Assembly (NCBI GenBank): GCA_945906755.1
Contig: CAMDRJ010000002.1
Location: 1-59,131, forward strand
Length of the DNA stretch: 59,131 nt
Direction of reading: 5' to 3'
Source of the DNA: Klebsiella pneumoniae
GTDB lineage: Bacteria > Pseudomonadota > Gammaproteobacteria > Burkholderiales > SG8-39
In this document: positions 29,077 to 39,086 of the stretch, in pieces
How positions within the stretch are numbered: position 1 is the stretch's first letter
Layout of the letters: the number at the start of each line of letters is the position of its first letter
Program-made: the position numbers and the translations under genes
The notes under the pieces: generated by a model
Database searches by the model: none
Told to the model about the DNA's origin: nothing
The model's input: only the letters and a program-made list of their open reading frames with translations

Positions 29077-29846
29077 ACGCGGACGCACTCACCCTGTCCA
29101 TTCTCGGCCCCGCCTTGGCCGCGGGGATGCTGGTGCTCGCGACCCATGTACCGCTTGGCATGCATGTTCTCAAGCGCGGTATCGTCTTCATCGATCTTGC
29201 CATCGCGCAAATCGCCGGTCTTGGTGTGATTGTCGCCGATCGGCTCGGCTGGGAACCTAGTACTTGGGCCGGTCAAGGTGCCGCGCTCCTGGCTGCGCTC
29301 GCAGGCGCTGTATTACTCACATGGACCGAGCGCCGGTGGCCGCATATTCAAGAGGCGCTCATTGGCACGCTCTTTGTGCTTGCGGCGACCGCCGCGACCC
29401 TGCTCCTGGCAGGCGATGCGCATGGCGGCGAACATCTCAAGGATCTTCTCGTCGGTCAGATCCTGTGGGTCTCTTTCGAACAGATCCTGTCGATGGCGAT
29501 CGTGTCGATCATCGTCTTCGCAACATGGTTCGCGAAGCGCCGATCGTTCGGACGCGTCACCTTTTATCTCGCGTTCGCGTTGAGCGTCACTGCCTCAGTA
29601 CAACTCGTTGGCGTCTACCTCGTCTTTGCCAGCCTTATCGTGCCCGCGCTCGCGGTCCACGCCATGACGCGCGGCGCGCTGAAGAGTGCCTATGCAATTG
29701 GCATCATTGGCTACGTAATTGGACTTGCTGCCTCGGCGATCTTCGACCTGCCGTCTGGGCCGCTGGTGGTCTGGACGCTTGCCGTATGCGCCATCGTATT
29801 TGCATTGGGGCGACATTATCTCGCGCGTTTTGCTGTAGTAGCCTGA
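29073..29846 (+). CDS. Metal ABC transporter permease (ABC-3 / ZnuB family)
   Basis: 257-aa polytopic ORF translationally coupled to the ZnuA-like gene. Block GIVFIDLAIAQIAGLG is typical of ABC-3 permeases. Confidence 0.8.
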   Translation: MNADALTLSILGPALAAGMLVLATHVPLGMHVLKRGIVFIDLAIAQIAGLGVIVADRLGWEPSTWAGQGAALLAALAGAVLLTWTERRWPHIQEALIGTLFVLAATAATLLLAGDAHGGEHLKDLLVGQILWVSFEQILSMAIVSIIVFATWFAKRRSFGRVTFYLAFALSVTASVQLVGVYLVFASLIVPALAVHAMTRGALKSAYAIGIIGYVIGLAASAIFDLPSGPLVVWTLAVCAIVFALGRHYLARFAVVA

Positions 29847-31039
29847 TCGCTCGACGATCTACGCCGCCCTGCATCGTCGCGCCGCGGCAGGCCAAGCGCA
29901 ATGATCGCGCCCAGCACATTACCGCCAGCGGCGATCATGACCGCCACACCATAGCCTTGGGTTTGATCGAACAGCCAACCCGCGAGCACGGGCAGCGTGA
30001 CCGCGGCAATACACCATGCGATATAGAGACGGCTCGCGATACGCCCGAAGGCGTTCTTCTGCCAGTATTGTGCGATGACGCCGGCCGATGAACCCGAGAT
30101 GAAACCGTAACCCATGCCAATCATCATCAGGGCAGGAATGGCAATGAGCGGCCCGGGCCAGAGCGTCAAAAGCAAAGCGCCGGTCAGCGAAAACAAGTGA
30201 GCACCCGCCGCGACATGTGGCATCGGAAAGCGGTCCACGAGCCAGCCGCCACCTATCCTTGCCCCCGCGATTGCGCCGGTGATCACCGTCGTTGCGCCCA
30301 ACGCAAGAATGGTCTGGCCGCCATAGGCCAACATGATGCCGGCCGCTTGGCTCATTACCGTGAGGCCCGCTGCGGCGGCAAGAAAAAACACCATGAAGAG
30401 CCGCATGAAAACACCCCGGCGTTCATCGTCCGCGGTAATAGGTGGCAAGGACGCATCATGCATGCGGATGTCGGCTAGTCGAATCAATCCCGCGGCGATC
30501 ACGGCCGCGACCGCAATGACGACCGCGAGTCCGAACATCGTCGCGCGCAATCCATGGGCCGCAATCGCCCAACCAAACAGTGGCGTGCCAATCATCGCGC
30601 CAATCGGGAACAGGCTCACTACATAACCGTTGACGAGGCCGCTCATCGTGGTAATCGTCTGATTCACGCCTTGTTGCACGACGATGAATACGCAGCCGCC
30701 TCCCAATCCAAACAGCACCCCATAGCCGATTGCAAAATGGGCGAGGCTGGTGGCAGTGGCCGTCAGATAAAGCCCCACCGCGCTTGTCACGCCGCACAGC
30801 AGCAACAGTGCAACCGGCGACATGATCCGGTAAAGGCGTGGTGCGAAATTCATGCCGGCGGTGAAGCTCACACTGGCCAAGCCGAACACGATGGTCATTT
30901 CGGTGCGGCCAATTGCGAGCATCGCCTCCATCGGTTTGAGGAAGACGCTGAACGCGTAGATTGTTCCGAACGGCAGATTAAGTGCGGTGGCCGCGGCGAT
31001 CGCAATGCCGGAACGTTGGGCAGGTGTAAAACGGTTCAT
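29816..31039 (-). CDS. MFS transporter (oxalate/formate antiporter-like subfamily)
   Basis: 407 aa with about 12 hydrophobic segments. The 3' end overlaps the convergent permease gene by 31 nt. Confidence 0.8.
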   Translation of the reverse strand: MNRFTPAQRSGIAIAAATALNLPFGTIYAFSVFLKPMEAMLAIGRTEMTIVFGLASVSFTAGMNFAPRLYRIMSPVALLLLCGVTSAVGLYLTATATSLAHFAIGYGVLFGLGGGCVFIVVQQGVNQTITTMSGLVNGYVVSLFPIGAMIGTPLFGWAIAAHGLRATMFGLAVVIAVAAVIAAGLIRLADIRMHDASLPPITADDERRGVFMRLFMVFFLAAAAGLTVMSQAAGIMLAYGGQTILALGATTVITGAIAGARIGGGWLVDRFPMPHVAAGAHLFSLTGALLLTLWPGPLIAIPALMMIGMGYGFISGSSAGVIAQYWQKNAFGRIASRLYIAWCIAAVTLPVLAGWLFDQTQGYGVAVMIAAGGNVLGAIIALGLPRRDDAGRRRSSSDQATTAKRAR

Positions 31040-31089
31040 CGCAGGATTGTCCCATCAACGATCGCTGCCGTGAGACTCGCGTCCGCCGA

Positions 31090-31638
31090 CTATCGCTTCT
31101 TCGCTTCCTGCAATACCTCGATACCGACTTCGATCGTGGTGTCGTTGGCCGAGATGCTCACCTCCCCATCCTGAATCAGGCAATGAATGCGCATGGTTCG
31201 TTCGGCGAGCGCGGCAAGGGCCTGGGTTGATTCGGCGGATAGATGCGCGACCATGAGATTGTCGAGACGCGCAAGCTCACCGCGATAGTCGCTCCACCAT
31301 TTCTCTGCGCCGCGACCATAGGTGTACACGCTCAGCCGTTTCGATCGTCCAGCAGCACGGCGCAGCAGCTTGGGGTCCGGGACGCCGACATCGATCCAGT
31401 GCGTTATGGTGCCGGTGAGGTCGTGTTGCCAAAGATCCGGTTCATCGGCGGCGCTGAGTCCATTGCCGAATATCAGCGCGGGATCGGCGTTGAGTGCGAA
31501 CGTCAAGAGACGCACCATCATGCGCTCGTCCGTCTCGGAGGAATGGCGCGCAAGCGTCAATGCGTGAGTCTGATAATAATGGCGGTCCAGGTCGCTCATT
31601 TGCAACTCGGCTTTGAAGACCGTCGCTTTTTGCGCCAT
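31090..31638 (-). CDS. yaeQ: YaeQ-family protein
   Basis: 182 aa. N-terminus MAQKATVFKAELQMSDLDRHYYQTHALTLARHSSETDERMMVRLL matches the YaeQ family pattern. Confidence 0.85.
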   Translation of the reverse strand: MAQKATVFKAELQMSDLDRHYYQTHALTLARHSSETDERMMVRLLTFALNADPALIFGNGLSAADEPDLWQHDLTGTITHWIDVGVPDPKLLRRAAGRSKRLSVYTYGRGAEKWWSDYRGELARLDNLMVAHLSAESTQALAALAERTMRIHCLIQDGEVSISANDTTIEVGIEVLQEAKKR

Positions 31639-31720
31639 CGAAGCCTTTCAAATGAACGTGGATGACAAGGCAGGGCCGCGCAATGCTACGCGCATATAAA
31701 AAAGCTTAGGAGACAATTGA

Positions 31721-32863
31721 ATGACCACCACCCAACATGTTTCTCGATTGGCGACCAATCCACTCTTTCGATCGCATCGGATGAAGCTTGGCGTCATGGC
31801 GTTCAATTGCAGCCATGGCTCGACCATCACGACCGCCGAAGGCGCCTGGGAATTGCACTGGGGTGACACCAAGAAGATCGCGAAGATGGCCGATCGGGCA
31901 GGCTTGGATGTGTTGCTGCCAGTGGGGCGTTGGCGCGGTTACGGCGGGCCGACCAATTTCAATAACAGCACCTACGAGAGCTTTACCTGGGCGTCTGCCT
32001 TGGGGGCGATGACCGACCAGATCGCCGTCTTTGCGACCTGTCATGTGCCGCTGGTGCATCCGATCATGGCGGCAAAGATGGCAACGACAGTCGATCATGT
32101 GAGCGGCGGTCGCTTCTGTTTGAACGTGGTGTGCGGATGGTTCAAAGACGAGTTTGAGATGTTCGGCGCGGAATGGCGCGAGCATGATGTGCGCTACGAA
32201 TACGCCACCGAGTGGGTTGACTTGATGCGCAGGGTCTGGTCGGCAGAAAAGGAATTTGATTACTCGGGCCGATTCTTTCAATCAAAGCGTGCCTGGAGCC
32301 AACCCAAGCCCATCCAGCAGCCCTTTCCACCGATCATGAATGCGGGCGGCTCGGAGGCCGGACAGCATTTCGCGGCCACCGTCGCCGATATGAATTTCGT
32401 CATTCTGCGCAATCAGGATTTCGACGGTGGTAAGGCGCAGATCGACAAACTGAAATCGAAGGCCCGGGCGGTCTGCCGCGAGGTACAGGTATGGATCCAT
32501 GTGTATGTCGTGGTGCGGGACACCGAACAGGAGGCGCGTCGTTACCTGAACTACTACGTGCGCGAGAAAGGCGACTATGAGGCGGTCAACAATCTCCTCA
32601 CGATTTTCGGCATGCAATCGAAAACACTCGATCCGAAGGTGCTCGATGAGTTTCGTTTCCATTTCATCGCCGGGCATGGCGGCTATCCGCTAGTCGGAAC
32701 ACCGGCGCAAGTCGTCGATCAGCTTGAAACGCTTACGCGCATGGGAGTCGATGGTTGTCTCATCTCGTGGGTCAACTATGTCGATGAACTGAAGCAGTGG
32801 ATCGATGAGGTCAATCCGTTGCTCGAACAGGCTGGATTGCGTCAACGCTATAACCCTCAATAA
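31721..32863 (+). CDS. LLM-class flavin-dependent monooxygenase (SsuD/SfnG-like subgroup)
   Basis: 380 aa with blocks KLGVMAFNCSHG, LLPVGRWRGYGG and SGGRFCLNVVCGW. Confidence 0.85.
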   Translation: MTTTQHVSRLATNPLFRSHRMKLGVMAFNCSHGSTITTAEGAWELHWGDTKKIAKMADRAGLDVLLPVGRWRGYGGPTNFNNSTYESFTWASALGAMTDQIAVFATCHVPLVHPIMAAKMATTVDHVSGGRFCLNVVCGWFKDEFEMFGAEWREHDVRYEYATEWVDLMRRVWSAEKEFDYSGRFFQSKRAWSQPKPIQQPFPPIMNAGGSEAGQHFAATVADMNFVILRNQDFDGGKAQIDKLKSKARAVCREVQVWIHVYVVVRDTEQEARRYLNYYVREKGDYEAVNNLLTIFGMQSKTLDPKVLDEFRFHFIAGHGGYPLVGTPAQVVDQLETLTRMGVDGCLISWVNYVDELKQWIDEVNPLLEQAGLRQRYNPQ

Positions 32864-32873
32864 GGAGCCGCGC

Positions 32874-33833
32874 ATGATTCGAATATTGCTGACCTGTTGC
32901 GTCCTCTTCGCTCCCGCGATTGCTTTCGCGCAGGAGTGGCCTGCTCGTCCACTGCGGCTCATCGTACCGGCCCCACCGGGTGGTGCACCAGATGCAATTG
33001 CGCGCATCGTCGGCCAGCGTCTCGGAGATCGGCTTGGGCAGCAGGTCGTCATCGACAATCGCGGAGGCGGCGGTGGCATCATCGGCGCTGAAGTGGCGGC
33101 TAAGACTGCGCCAGATGGTTACACCCTCGTGCTCGGTTATGCGGGGCCGTTCTCGATCAATCCCGCGCTACAAGAGAAGCTGCCCTACGACGCGGTCAAG
33201 GACTTCGCGCCGATCACGATGCTTGCCACGAGCCAGAATATTCTTGTGGTGCATCCGACCTTCGCGCCACGATCGATCGTGGAATTCATCGCGCTCGCCA
33301 AGGCGCGTCCCGGCGCGATCAACTACGCATCGGGCGGTACCGGACAATCGACCCATCTATCGATGGAATTGCTGATGCTGATGGGCGAATTCAAGCTCAC
33401 GCATATTCCGTATAAAGGGGCCGGCCCGGCTCTCGCGGATGCGCTTGGCGGGCGGGTCGAGGCGCACTTCATTTCGGTTCCGCCGGCGCTGCCGCATCTC
33501 AAGAGCGGCAAACTCGTTGCCATTGGCGTGACGGGAACCAAGCGTTTGGCAACGCTGCCGGACGTGCCGACCATTGCCGAGGCCGGCCTTCCAGGCTATA
33601 GCGTTGAAACCTGGTATGGGCTGTTCACCCGCGCCGGCACGCCATTACCTGTCGTCGCGCGATTGCATAGTGAAGTGATAGCGATTCTCAAGACACGCGA
33701 AATCGAGGAGTTGTTCGACCGCCAAGGTCTTGACATCGGGGGCGGCAGCGCGAGCGATCTTGGCAAGTTTCTCGATGCCGAAATCACCAAGTGGCGGCGC
33801 GTCATCAAGGCGGCCGGTATCAAACCGGAGTAA
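32874..33833 (+). CDS. Bug/TctC-family substrate-binding protein
   Basis: Start trimmed to MIRILLTCCVLFAPAIAFAQ, with AAGGAG upstream. WPARPLRLIVPAPPGGAPD..DNRGGGGG..PDGYTLV. Confidence 0.9.
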   Translation: MIRILLTCCVLFAPAIAFAQEWPARPLRLIVPAPPGGAPDAIARIVGQRLGDRLGQQVVIDNRGGGGGIIGAEVAAKTAPDGYTLVLGYAGPFSINPALQEKLPYDAVKDFAPITMLATSQNILVVHPTFAPRSIVEFIALAKARPGAINYASGGTGQSTHLSMELLMLMGEFKLTHIPYKGAGPALADALGGRVEAHFISVPPALPHLKSGKLVAIGVTGTKRLATLPDVPTIAEAGLPGYSVETWYGLFTRAGTPLPVVARLHSEVIAILKTREIEELFDRQGLDIGGGSASDLGKFLDAEITKWRRVIKAAGIKPE

Positions 33834-33921
33834 GAAATTGCCGATCACGGGGACACCGATATACTGAACGGAAGAGCGGCGCCAAAGCACGCGCCGGTTC
33901 CAACCCCCCAAGGAGAATCGC

Positions 33922-34923
33922 ATGCATTCGATCCGCTTAGCGAGACTGCCGGTCATGCTCGGTGGTTTGCTGGCCCTTTGTGCGTTGGCCGCATCCAACC
34001 TGACCGTCGCACAGACCTATCCGTCGCGGCCAATCACCATCGTTGTGGTGCTCACGCCCGGTTCCGGACTCGATGTGGTGGTGCGCACCTACGCCGAACG
34101 GCTTTCCAAGGTCTTCGATCGGCCGGTCATCGTCGAAAACAAACCCGGCGGCGGACAGATGGTCGCGATCAATCAGGTCATGGCGCAGCCGGCCGATGGT
34201 CATACCTTGGTCGTCGTGACGAGCGCGGCGATGTCGATCAACCCAACCATATTCAAAACGCTTTCGTATGATCCGCAAAAAGATTTTGTGCCGATCTCGC
34301 TCTATTTGAAATCGCCGTTCGTGTTGGTGACCAATCGCGATGTGCCGGTGCGAACAGTAAACGAGTTGATCGCCTATGCAAAAGAGCGTCCAGGACGGCT
34401 TGCATATAGCTCACCTGGCGTGGGTGGGGCGCCGCATCTGGCGGTCGAAATGATGAATCAGCGCTTTGGCTTGTCGATGACGCATATTCCGTACAAGAGC
34501 ACCGCGCAGGCGATTCTCGATGTGGTCGCGGGCACCGTGCAGCTTGCCTTCGCTGAGGCCGGTGCGTCGCAAGGTTTGATCAAGGACGGCAAATTGCGGC
34601 CGCTCGCCGTGTCGTCGACCACGCCATTTAGCACCTTCCCAGACATTCCGACTTTTGCGCAGGCAACCGGTACCCCAGATTTCGAGGCGGTGTCATGGCA
34701 TGTCTTGATGGCACGGTCTGGCACGCCGCGCGAGATCGTCCTGCGTTTGCATGAGGAAATGAATCGGATCATGCGCACGCAGGATGTCAAGGATCGCGTT
34801 GCGAGTCTCGGGTTAATCCCGATTGATCCAATGTCGATCGATGAAGCGAATGCGTTCATGCGTTCGGAAACGACGAAATGGGGTGATCTAGTAAAAAAGC
34901 TTGGGCTGGCGGGGACGCAGTAG
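33922..34923 (+). CDS. Bug/TctC-family substrate-binding protein
   Basis: Signal peptide followed by YPSRPITIVV..GSGLDV..ENKPGGGQ..ADGHTLV. Confidence 0.88.
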   Translation: MHSIRLARLPVMLGGLLALCALAASNLTVAQTYPSRPITIVVVLTPGSGLDVVVRTYAERLSKVFDRPVIVENKPGGGQMVAINQVMAQPADGHTLVVVTSAAMSINPTIFKTLSYDPQKDFVPISLYLKSPFVLVTNRDVPVRTVNELIAYAKERPGRLAYSSPGVGGAPHLAVEMMNQRFGLSMTHIPYKSTAQAILDVVAGTVQLAFAEAGASQGLIKDGKLRPLAVSSTTPFSTFPDIPTFAQATGTPDFEAVSWHVLMARSGTPREIVLRLHEEMNRIMRTQDVKDRVASLGLIPIDPMSIDEANAFMRSETTKWGDLVKKLGLAGTQ

Positions 34924-34945
34924 TTCGCCAAGAGGAGAGTGTGTG

Positions 34946-35539
34946 ATGAGTAAGAACAGCGCGACATCCATTGCGCGCGGTGTGCATCACCTTGCGCTAT
35001 GCACCGACGACATGAAAATGACGGTCGATTTTTATGTCGACGTCCTCGGTTTTCCGCTGGTTCACGCGATGAAAGTGCCAGCCGGGCTTGGCGCGGGGCC
35101 GGCTAATCGTGGCAATCCGCCGTATGAGTCGATCCGGCATTATTTTTTCGATATGGGCAACGACAGCTTGCTCGCGTTCTTCGAGATCCCTAAGGGCAAG
35201 GAACCCGCGCATAACAGGAACGCGATCGGTGCGATGCAGCATTGCGCGTTCGTGGTGACACCCGTGCGCTTTCGCGAAATTGAGGCGCGCCTGAAGGCGG
35301 CCAATATTCCGTACCGTGGACCGATCCCACAACTGCCGCGGTTAGACGGCATCTATTTCATCGACCCGAACGGCATTCGCCTCGAATTTGCATGCCAGCC
35401 CGAAGACGGCGACAATCCATCCGTCATTGATTGTGTATTGCAAACCAAAGCCGAAGCGGGCGCCGAATTGGCCACGTTGCCGGGGGCAACGGCCGAATGG
35501 CTCGCCCGACGTGTCGAGTCGCTACCTGCGCATGATTGA
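34946..35539 (+). CDS. VOC (glyoxalase/bleomycin-resistance/extradiol dioxygenase) family protein
   Basis: Start trimmed to MSKNSATS. GVHHLALCTDDM..FYVDVLGF and MQHCAF..DPNGIRLEF are typical paired beta-alpha-beta-beta-beta module motifs. Confidence 0.8.
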   Translation: MSKNSATSIARGVHHLALCTDDMKMTVDFYVDVLGFPLVHAMKVPAGLGAGPANRGNPPYESIRHYFFDMGNDSLLAFFEIPKGKEPAHNRNAIGAMQHCAFVVTPVRFREIEARLKAANIPYRGPIPQLPRLDGIYFIDPNGIRLEFACQPEDGDNPSVIDCVLQTKAEAGAELATLPGATAEWLARRVESLPAHD

Positions 35540-35584
35540 GGTGTTCCACACAAGTGTTCCGCATCGCCACCGAGGAGATTTCCA

Positions 35585-36001
35585 ATGAGTGCTAATCCAG
35601 TCACGCTGCCAACCAAGACCAAAATGAAGGTCACCTACGCGCCCAAGGACAAGCCGAACTACATCCCGGGCCGTCGTGGGTTTTTCAAGTATCGCGATCT
35701 TGGCATCACCGAAGCCACCCATGGCCGTATTCGCGCGCAGATCACGTCCGCGGAAAAAGGCATGTCGGAGCCGACCGGCTGGCACTACCATCAATGCGAG
35801 ACGCAGATCGTCTATGTGTTGAAGGGCTGGGTTGATCTCGAATTTGAAGACGAGGGCAAGATCCGCGTGTCTGCGGGCGACTCACTCATGATTCCAGGTG
35901 GCGCGAAGCACAACGAGACGGCCACGTCAGATGCACTCGAACTGCTTGAAGTGTCGCTGCCCGCCGATATGGGGACGGTTAATTGCGAGGCACCACGCTA
36001 G
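35585..36001 (+). CDS. Cupin-domain protein
   Basis: 138 aa. GWHYHQCETQIVYVLKGW..GDSLMIPGGAKHNE fits the cupin two-motif pattern. Confidence 0.75.
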   Translation: MSANPVTLPTKTKMKVTYAPKDKPNYIPGRRGFFKYRDLGITEATHGRIRAQITSAEKGMSEPTGWHYHQCETQIVYVLKGWVDLEFEDEGKIRVSAGDSLMIPGGAKHNETATSDALELLEVSLPADMGTVNCEAPR

Positions 36002-36094
36002 GGTCGAGCTTGACGCGCGGCCATCATGTGCAGGCGCGGTGGGGCAATGGCACGCAATTTAATGCACGCGAGTCATTGCTCGAGGTAAATTGCC

Positions 36095-37912
36095 CTAGAC
36101 GGGTTCGGCAACTTTCTGGTTGGCGAGGTGTGCCGCCAGCACGCGCTCCAGCTGTTCCTTGCGGAACGGTTTCGCGAGGTAGTCGTTCATGCCGGCATTG
36201 ATGCAGCGCTCCCGGTCTCCTTGAATCGCGTTGGCGGTCAACGCGATAATCGGGAGCCTTCTCATGCCGCGCGTTTGCTGTTCCGCGTGCCGGATCGCGG
36301 TCGAGGCCTCGTAGCCGTCCATCTCGGGCATTTGACAGTCCATCAGCACGATATCGTAGTGACCGCGCGCCACCGCGTCCACCGCCTCAATCCCGTTTTT
36401 CGCACAATCGACGGCAAAGCCGAGCTGCCGGAGCATCGAGACTGCGACGATTTGATTGACCGGATTGTCTTCCGCCAATAGCACATGTCCATGGGCCACC
36501 GCAGACGGATCGTGCGGCAGCTTGGTTTGATTCGTGGGTTCTTCGATCGCAATATTCAGAAGTCGGCATACCACTTTCTGAAGTGCCAGACGCCGAATTG
36601 GTTTGGGCAGGCATAGCAGGATTCCCGCCTCGCGGGCCGCACGTGCGCTATCGGACGGCATCAACGAAGTGAGCATCAGGATCGGCGGCGCGTCAATCGT
36701 TGCATCGTTTCGAATGGCTTGCGCTAATTCGATGCCGTGCATGCCGGGCATTCTCATGTCAATGATTGCGAGGTCAAACCACTTTGCGTCGCGTGCCGCA
36801 CGTAGGATTGTCAACGCTTCGAATCCATCACATGCGGTGGTCACCTGCATACCGTAGGAGCCGAGCTGCCGGGAGAGGATGTCGCGGTTGGTGGCGTAAT
36901 CGTCGACCACGAGCGCGCGACGCCCGGTAAGGTTGCCGGGCAGGTGCTCCGGCCGGTGTCCGCTCGCTGGGATCGGTGTGAGTGGGATCGTAAAACGAAA
37001 GATCGTTCCCTTGTTTGGCACGCTTTCAACTTCGATCGCCCCGCCCATTGCCTCAACCAACTGCTTCGATATGGTCAAGCCAAGGCCGGTACCACCGTAT
37101 TTGCGTGTGGTGGATTGGTCGGCTTGAGAAAATGGGCGGAAGAGCCGCTTTAGTTGCTCGGCGCTCATGCCGATGCCGGAATCGATCACGGAAAACCGGA
37201 CCCAGCATGGGCCGTCTGGCTGCGGTTGGTTCTGGTCGCTCTGTTCCACCACCAACCTGATCTCTCCCGTCTCAGTAAACTTAACCGCGTTGTTCACGAG
37301 ATTGATCAGGATTTGACGCAATCGGCCTGGATCGCCAGTTGCGTGCATCGGAACGTCATCGTCAATCCGGCAGGTGAGTTCAAGGCCCTTGTCGTGCGCG
37401 CGTTCGGCGAGTAGCTCGGCCGCGTCCTCGGCAATTTCCCAAATGTCGATTGGGATCGACTCAAGATCCATCTTGCCCGCTTCGATCTTCGACAAATCCA
37501 GAATGTTATTGATGATTCCAAGCAGTGCGTCACCGGACCGATTGGCAATCGTGGCGAACCTGCGCTGCTCCTCGTTGAGCGCGGTGTCGAGCAGGAGATC
37601 GGTCATGCCAATTACACCGTTGAGCGGCGTGCGAATCTCATGGCTCATGTTGGCAAGGAATAGCGACTTGGCTTGGTTCGCTGCCTCGGCGGCCTCACGC
37701 GCCCGCTTAAGTTCGGTGATGTCGGTTCGAATGCCAACCGTCCAGCCATCGATGGTTTGACGCTGGGTCACGCGGAGATGACGGCCGTCGGCGAGTTTTT
37801 GCTCGTGCGATGACGTTACTTGTCGAAAATTTTCCATGCGCTCAGCGATCCACTGCTCCTCACGGCCCACCGCATCCGTCTGCTGGCCTGTAGGCGCTCG
37901 CGCGGATGACAT
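36095..37912 (-). CDS. Hybrid sensor histidine kinase / response regulator (HisKA, HATPase, two receiver domains). This is the C-terminal part of a frameshift-split gene.
   Basis: H-box [12 protein letters not shown] boxes [16 protein letters not shown] and GGTGLGL. Two receiver domains (LVVDDYATN...DMRMPGM and [10 protein letters not shown]...DCQMPEMDG). The first ~60 aa are the second half of a PAS fold. Confidence 0.85.
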   Translation of the reverse strand: MSSARAPTGQQTDAVGREEQWIAERMENFRQVTSSHEQKLADGRHLRVTQRQTIDGWTVGIRTDITELKRAREAAEAANQAKSLFLANMSHEIRTPLNGVIGMTDLLLDTALNEEQRRFATIANRSGDALLGIINNILDLSKIEAGKMDLESIPIDIWEIAEDAAELLAERAHDKGLELTCRIDDDVPMHATGDPGRLRQILINLVNNAVKFTETGEIRLVVEQSDQNQPQPDGPCWVRFSVIDSGIGMSAEQLKRLFRPFSQADQSTTRKYGGTGLGLTISKQLVEAMGGAIEVESVPNKGTIFRFTIPLTPIPASGHRPEHLPGNLTGRRALVVDDYATNRDILSRQLGSYGMQVTTACDGFEALTILRAARDAKWFDLAIIDMRMPGMHGIELAQAIRNDATIDAPPILMLTSLMPSDSARAAREAGILLCLPKPIRRLALQKVVCRLLNIAIEEPTNQTKLPHDPSAVAHGHVLLAEDNPVNQIVAVSMLRQLGFAVDCAKNGIEAVDAVARGHYDIVLMDCQMPEMDGYEASTAIRHAEQQTRGMRRLPIIALTANAIQGDRERCINAGMNDYLAKPFRKEQLERVLAAHLANQKVAEPV

Positions 37913-38852
37913 CTTCGATTCGCGTACCGGGTCTCAATAGAGGGGCAGACCACGGGTACATTTGCCGGTGCTGCTCGTTGCATAGAACGATGCGATCTTC
38001 CGCATCGCAGAGCAGAAATCCATCATCGATCGCCTCGATCGCGGTGTGCAGGTGCTGTTCACTGGTCCGAAGCGCCTCTTGCGACTTGCGCCGCTCGCTG
38101 ACATCGCGGTAGTTGATGATCAGACGGCGCGGCTGCCCATCGGGTCGTCGCGCTGCAACCCACGCGCGGGCGGCAATCCAGCGCCACGAACCGTCTTTCG
38201 CACGGCGCCGCGCTTCGGTCTGATATTTTTCCTTCCCGGGTGTTTTCCAAACGGCACGCGCTGCGATGATCAGTGGGCGATCGTCCGGATGGACCAATGC
38301 ATCCCAGTTTTCGATCGTCGGTGCGATCTCACCCGGCGCATAGCCGAGCATCGTAAAACACGACAGGCTCACAAAAAATTCGCCGGCATCGAGATCGCGG
38401 TCGACAAATCCGTCCTCCGCGAGTATGGCCGCCAAACGATAACGCTCTTCGGTGGTGTGAATTGTGAGCCGGTTTCGTTTCGACTCAGTGATGTCCTTGA
38501 GCGCACCAACATAGCCCTCGAATTTTCCTTCGTCGTCAAAGACCGGCTGGCCGGACACGCTGATCCATTGCTCCGCGCCTGCGACATCGCGCTGGGAAAT
38601 TTCCAATTCATGAATGGGTCGGTGCGCGCGAAGACATGCGAGGAATGCGTGCCACGCGGGCGATTCGACGTTTGGCCCGGCGCAATCCCACGGATGTCGG
38701 CCGATCTCGGCTGGTAGGACGCTGGCGCCTTGACCGTCCGACGCCGTGAACCGCAGTCCGTCATCGAGTTCCCAATAACCATGGCCGACAAGACATCGCA
38801 GCGCGCGTAGGCGATTCGAAGCGTCTTGCATGGGCTTGCTCCTAAATCGCAA
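37860..38852 (-). CDS. PAS-domain sensor segment. This is the N-terminal part of the same frameshift-split histidine kinase.
   Basis: 330 aa of PAS-like repeats with no output domain. It overlaps the downstream ORF by 53 nt in another frame. Its last PAS fold is completed by the N-terminus of the downstream ORF. Confidence 0.75.
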   Translation of the reverse strand: MRFRSKPMQDASNRLRALRCLVGHGYWELDDGLRFTASDGQGASVLPAEIGRHPWDCAGPNVESPAWHAFLACLRAHRPIHELEISQRDVAGAEQWISVSGQPVFDDEGKFEGYVGALKDITESKRNRLTIHTTEERYRLAAILAEDGFVDRDLDAGEFFVSLSCFTMLGYAPGEIAPTIENWDALVHPDDRPLIIAARAVWKTPGKEKYQTEARRRAKDGSWRWIAARAWVAARRPDGQPRRLIINYRDVSERRKSQEALRTSEQHLHTAIEAIDDGFLLCDAEDRIVLCNEQHRQMYPWSAPLLRPGTRIEDVIRASAYRPADGCGGP

Positions 38853-39086
38853 TTATGATATACAGCTCCTGATTGCCTTCGTGAGACGGCGGTGTCATCA
38901 CGTTTATCGGTGTGTCATTGCGTCCGCGTGAAGTCAGAGTCGCCTTTTTGGAATAGATCAGCCATGACATGAGGGATTCGGCACGCTTGCGGGCTCGGCG
39001 ATCCGAAACCGTTCGGCATTGCCTCGTTGCCGGCCTCAATACGCCTTGGTTGAATTGTTGACGAGCGCCGGAACCCTTCGTAAGGC

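Noticed and set aside
29816-29846. 31-nt overlap of the convergent permease and MFS genes as a possible antisense regulatory device
   Set aside because: Short convergent 3' overlaps are common in compact GC-rich genomes. The MFS C-terminal tail is low-complexity and Arg-rich, so it may simply be an extended ORF end. There is no specific evidence of function.
37860-37912. Programmed ribosomal frameshift joining the PAS and kinase ORFs
   Set aside because: No slippery heptamer or homopolymer run is visible in the 53-nt overlap. A simple indel, either a mutation or a sequencing error, is the more economical explanation.
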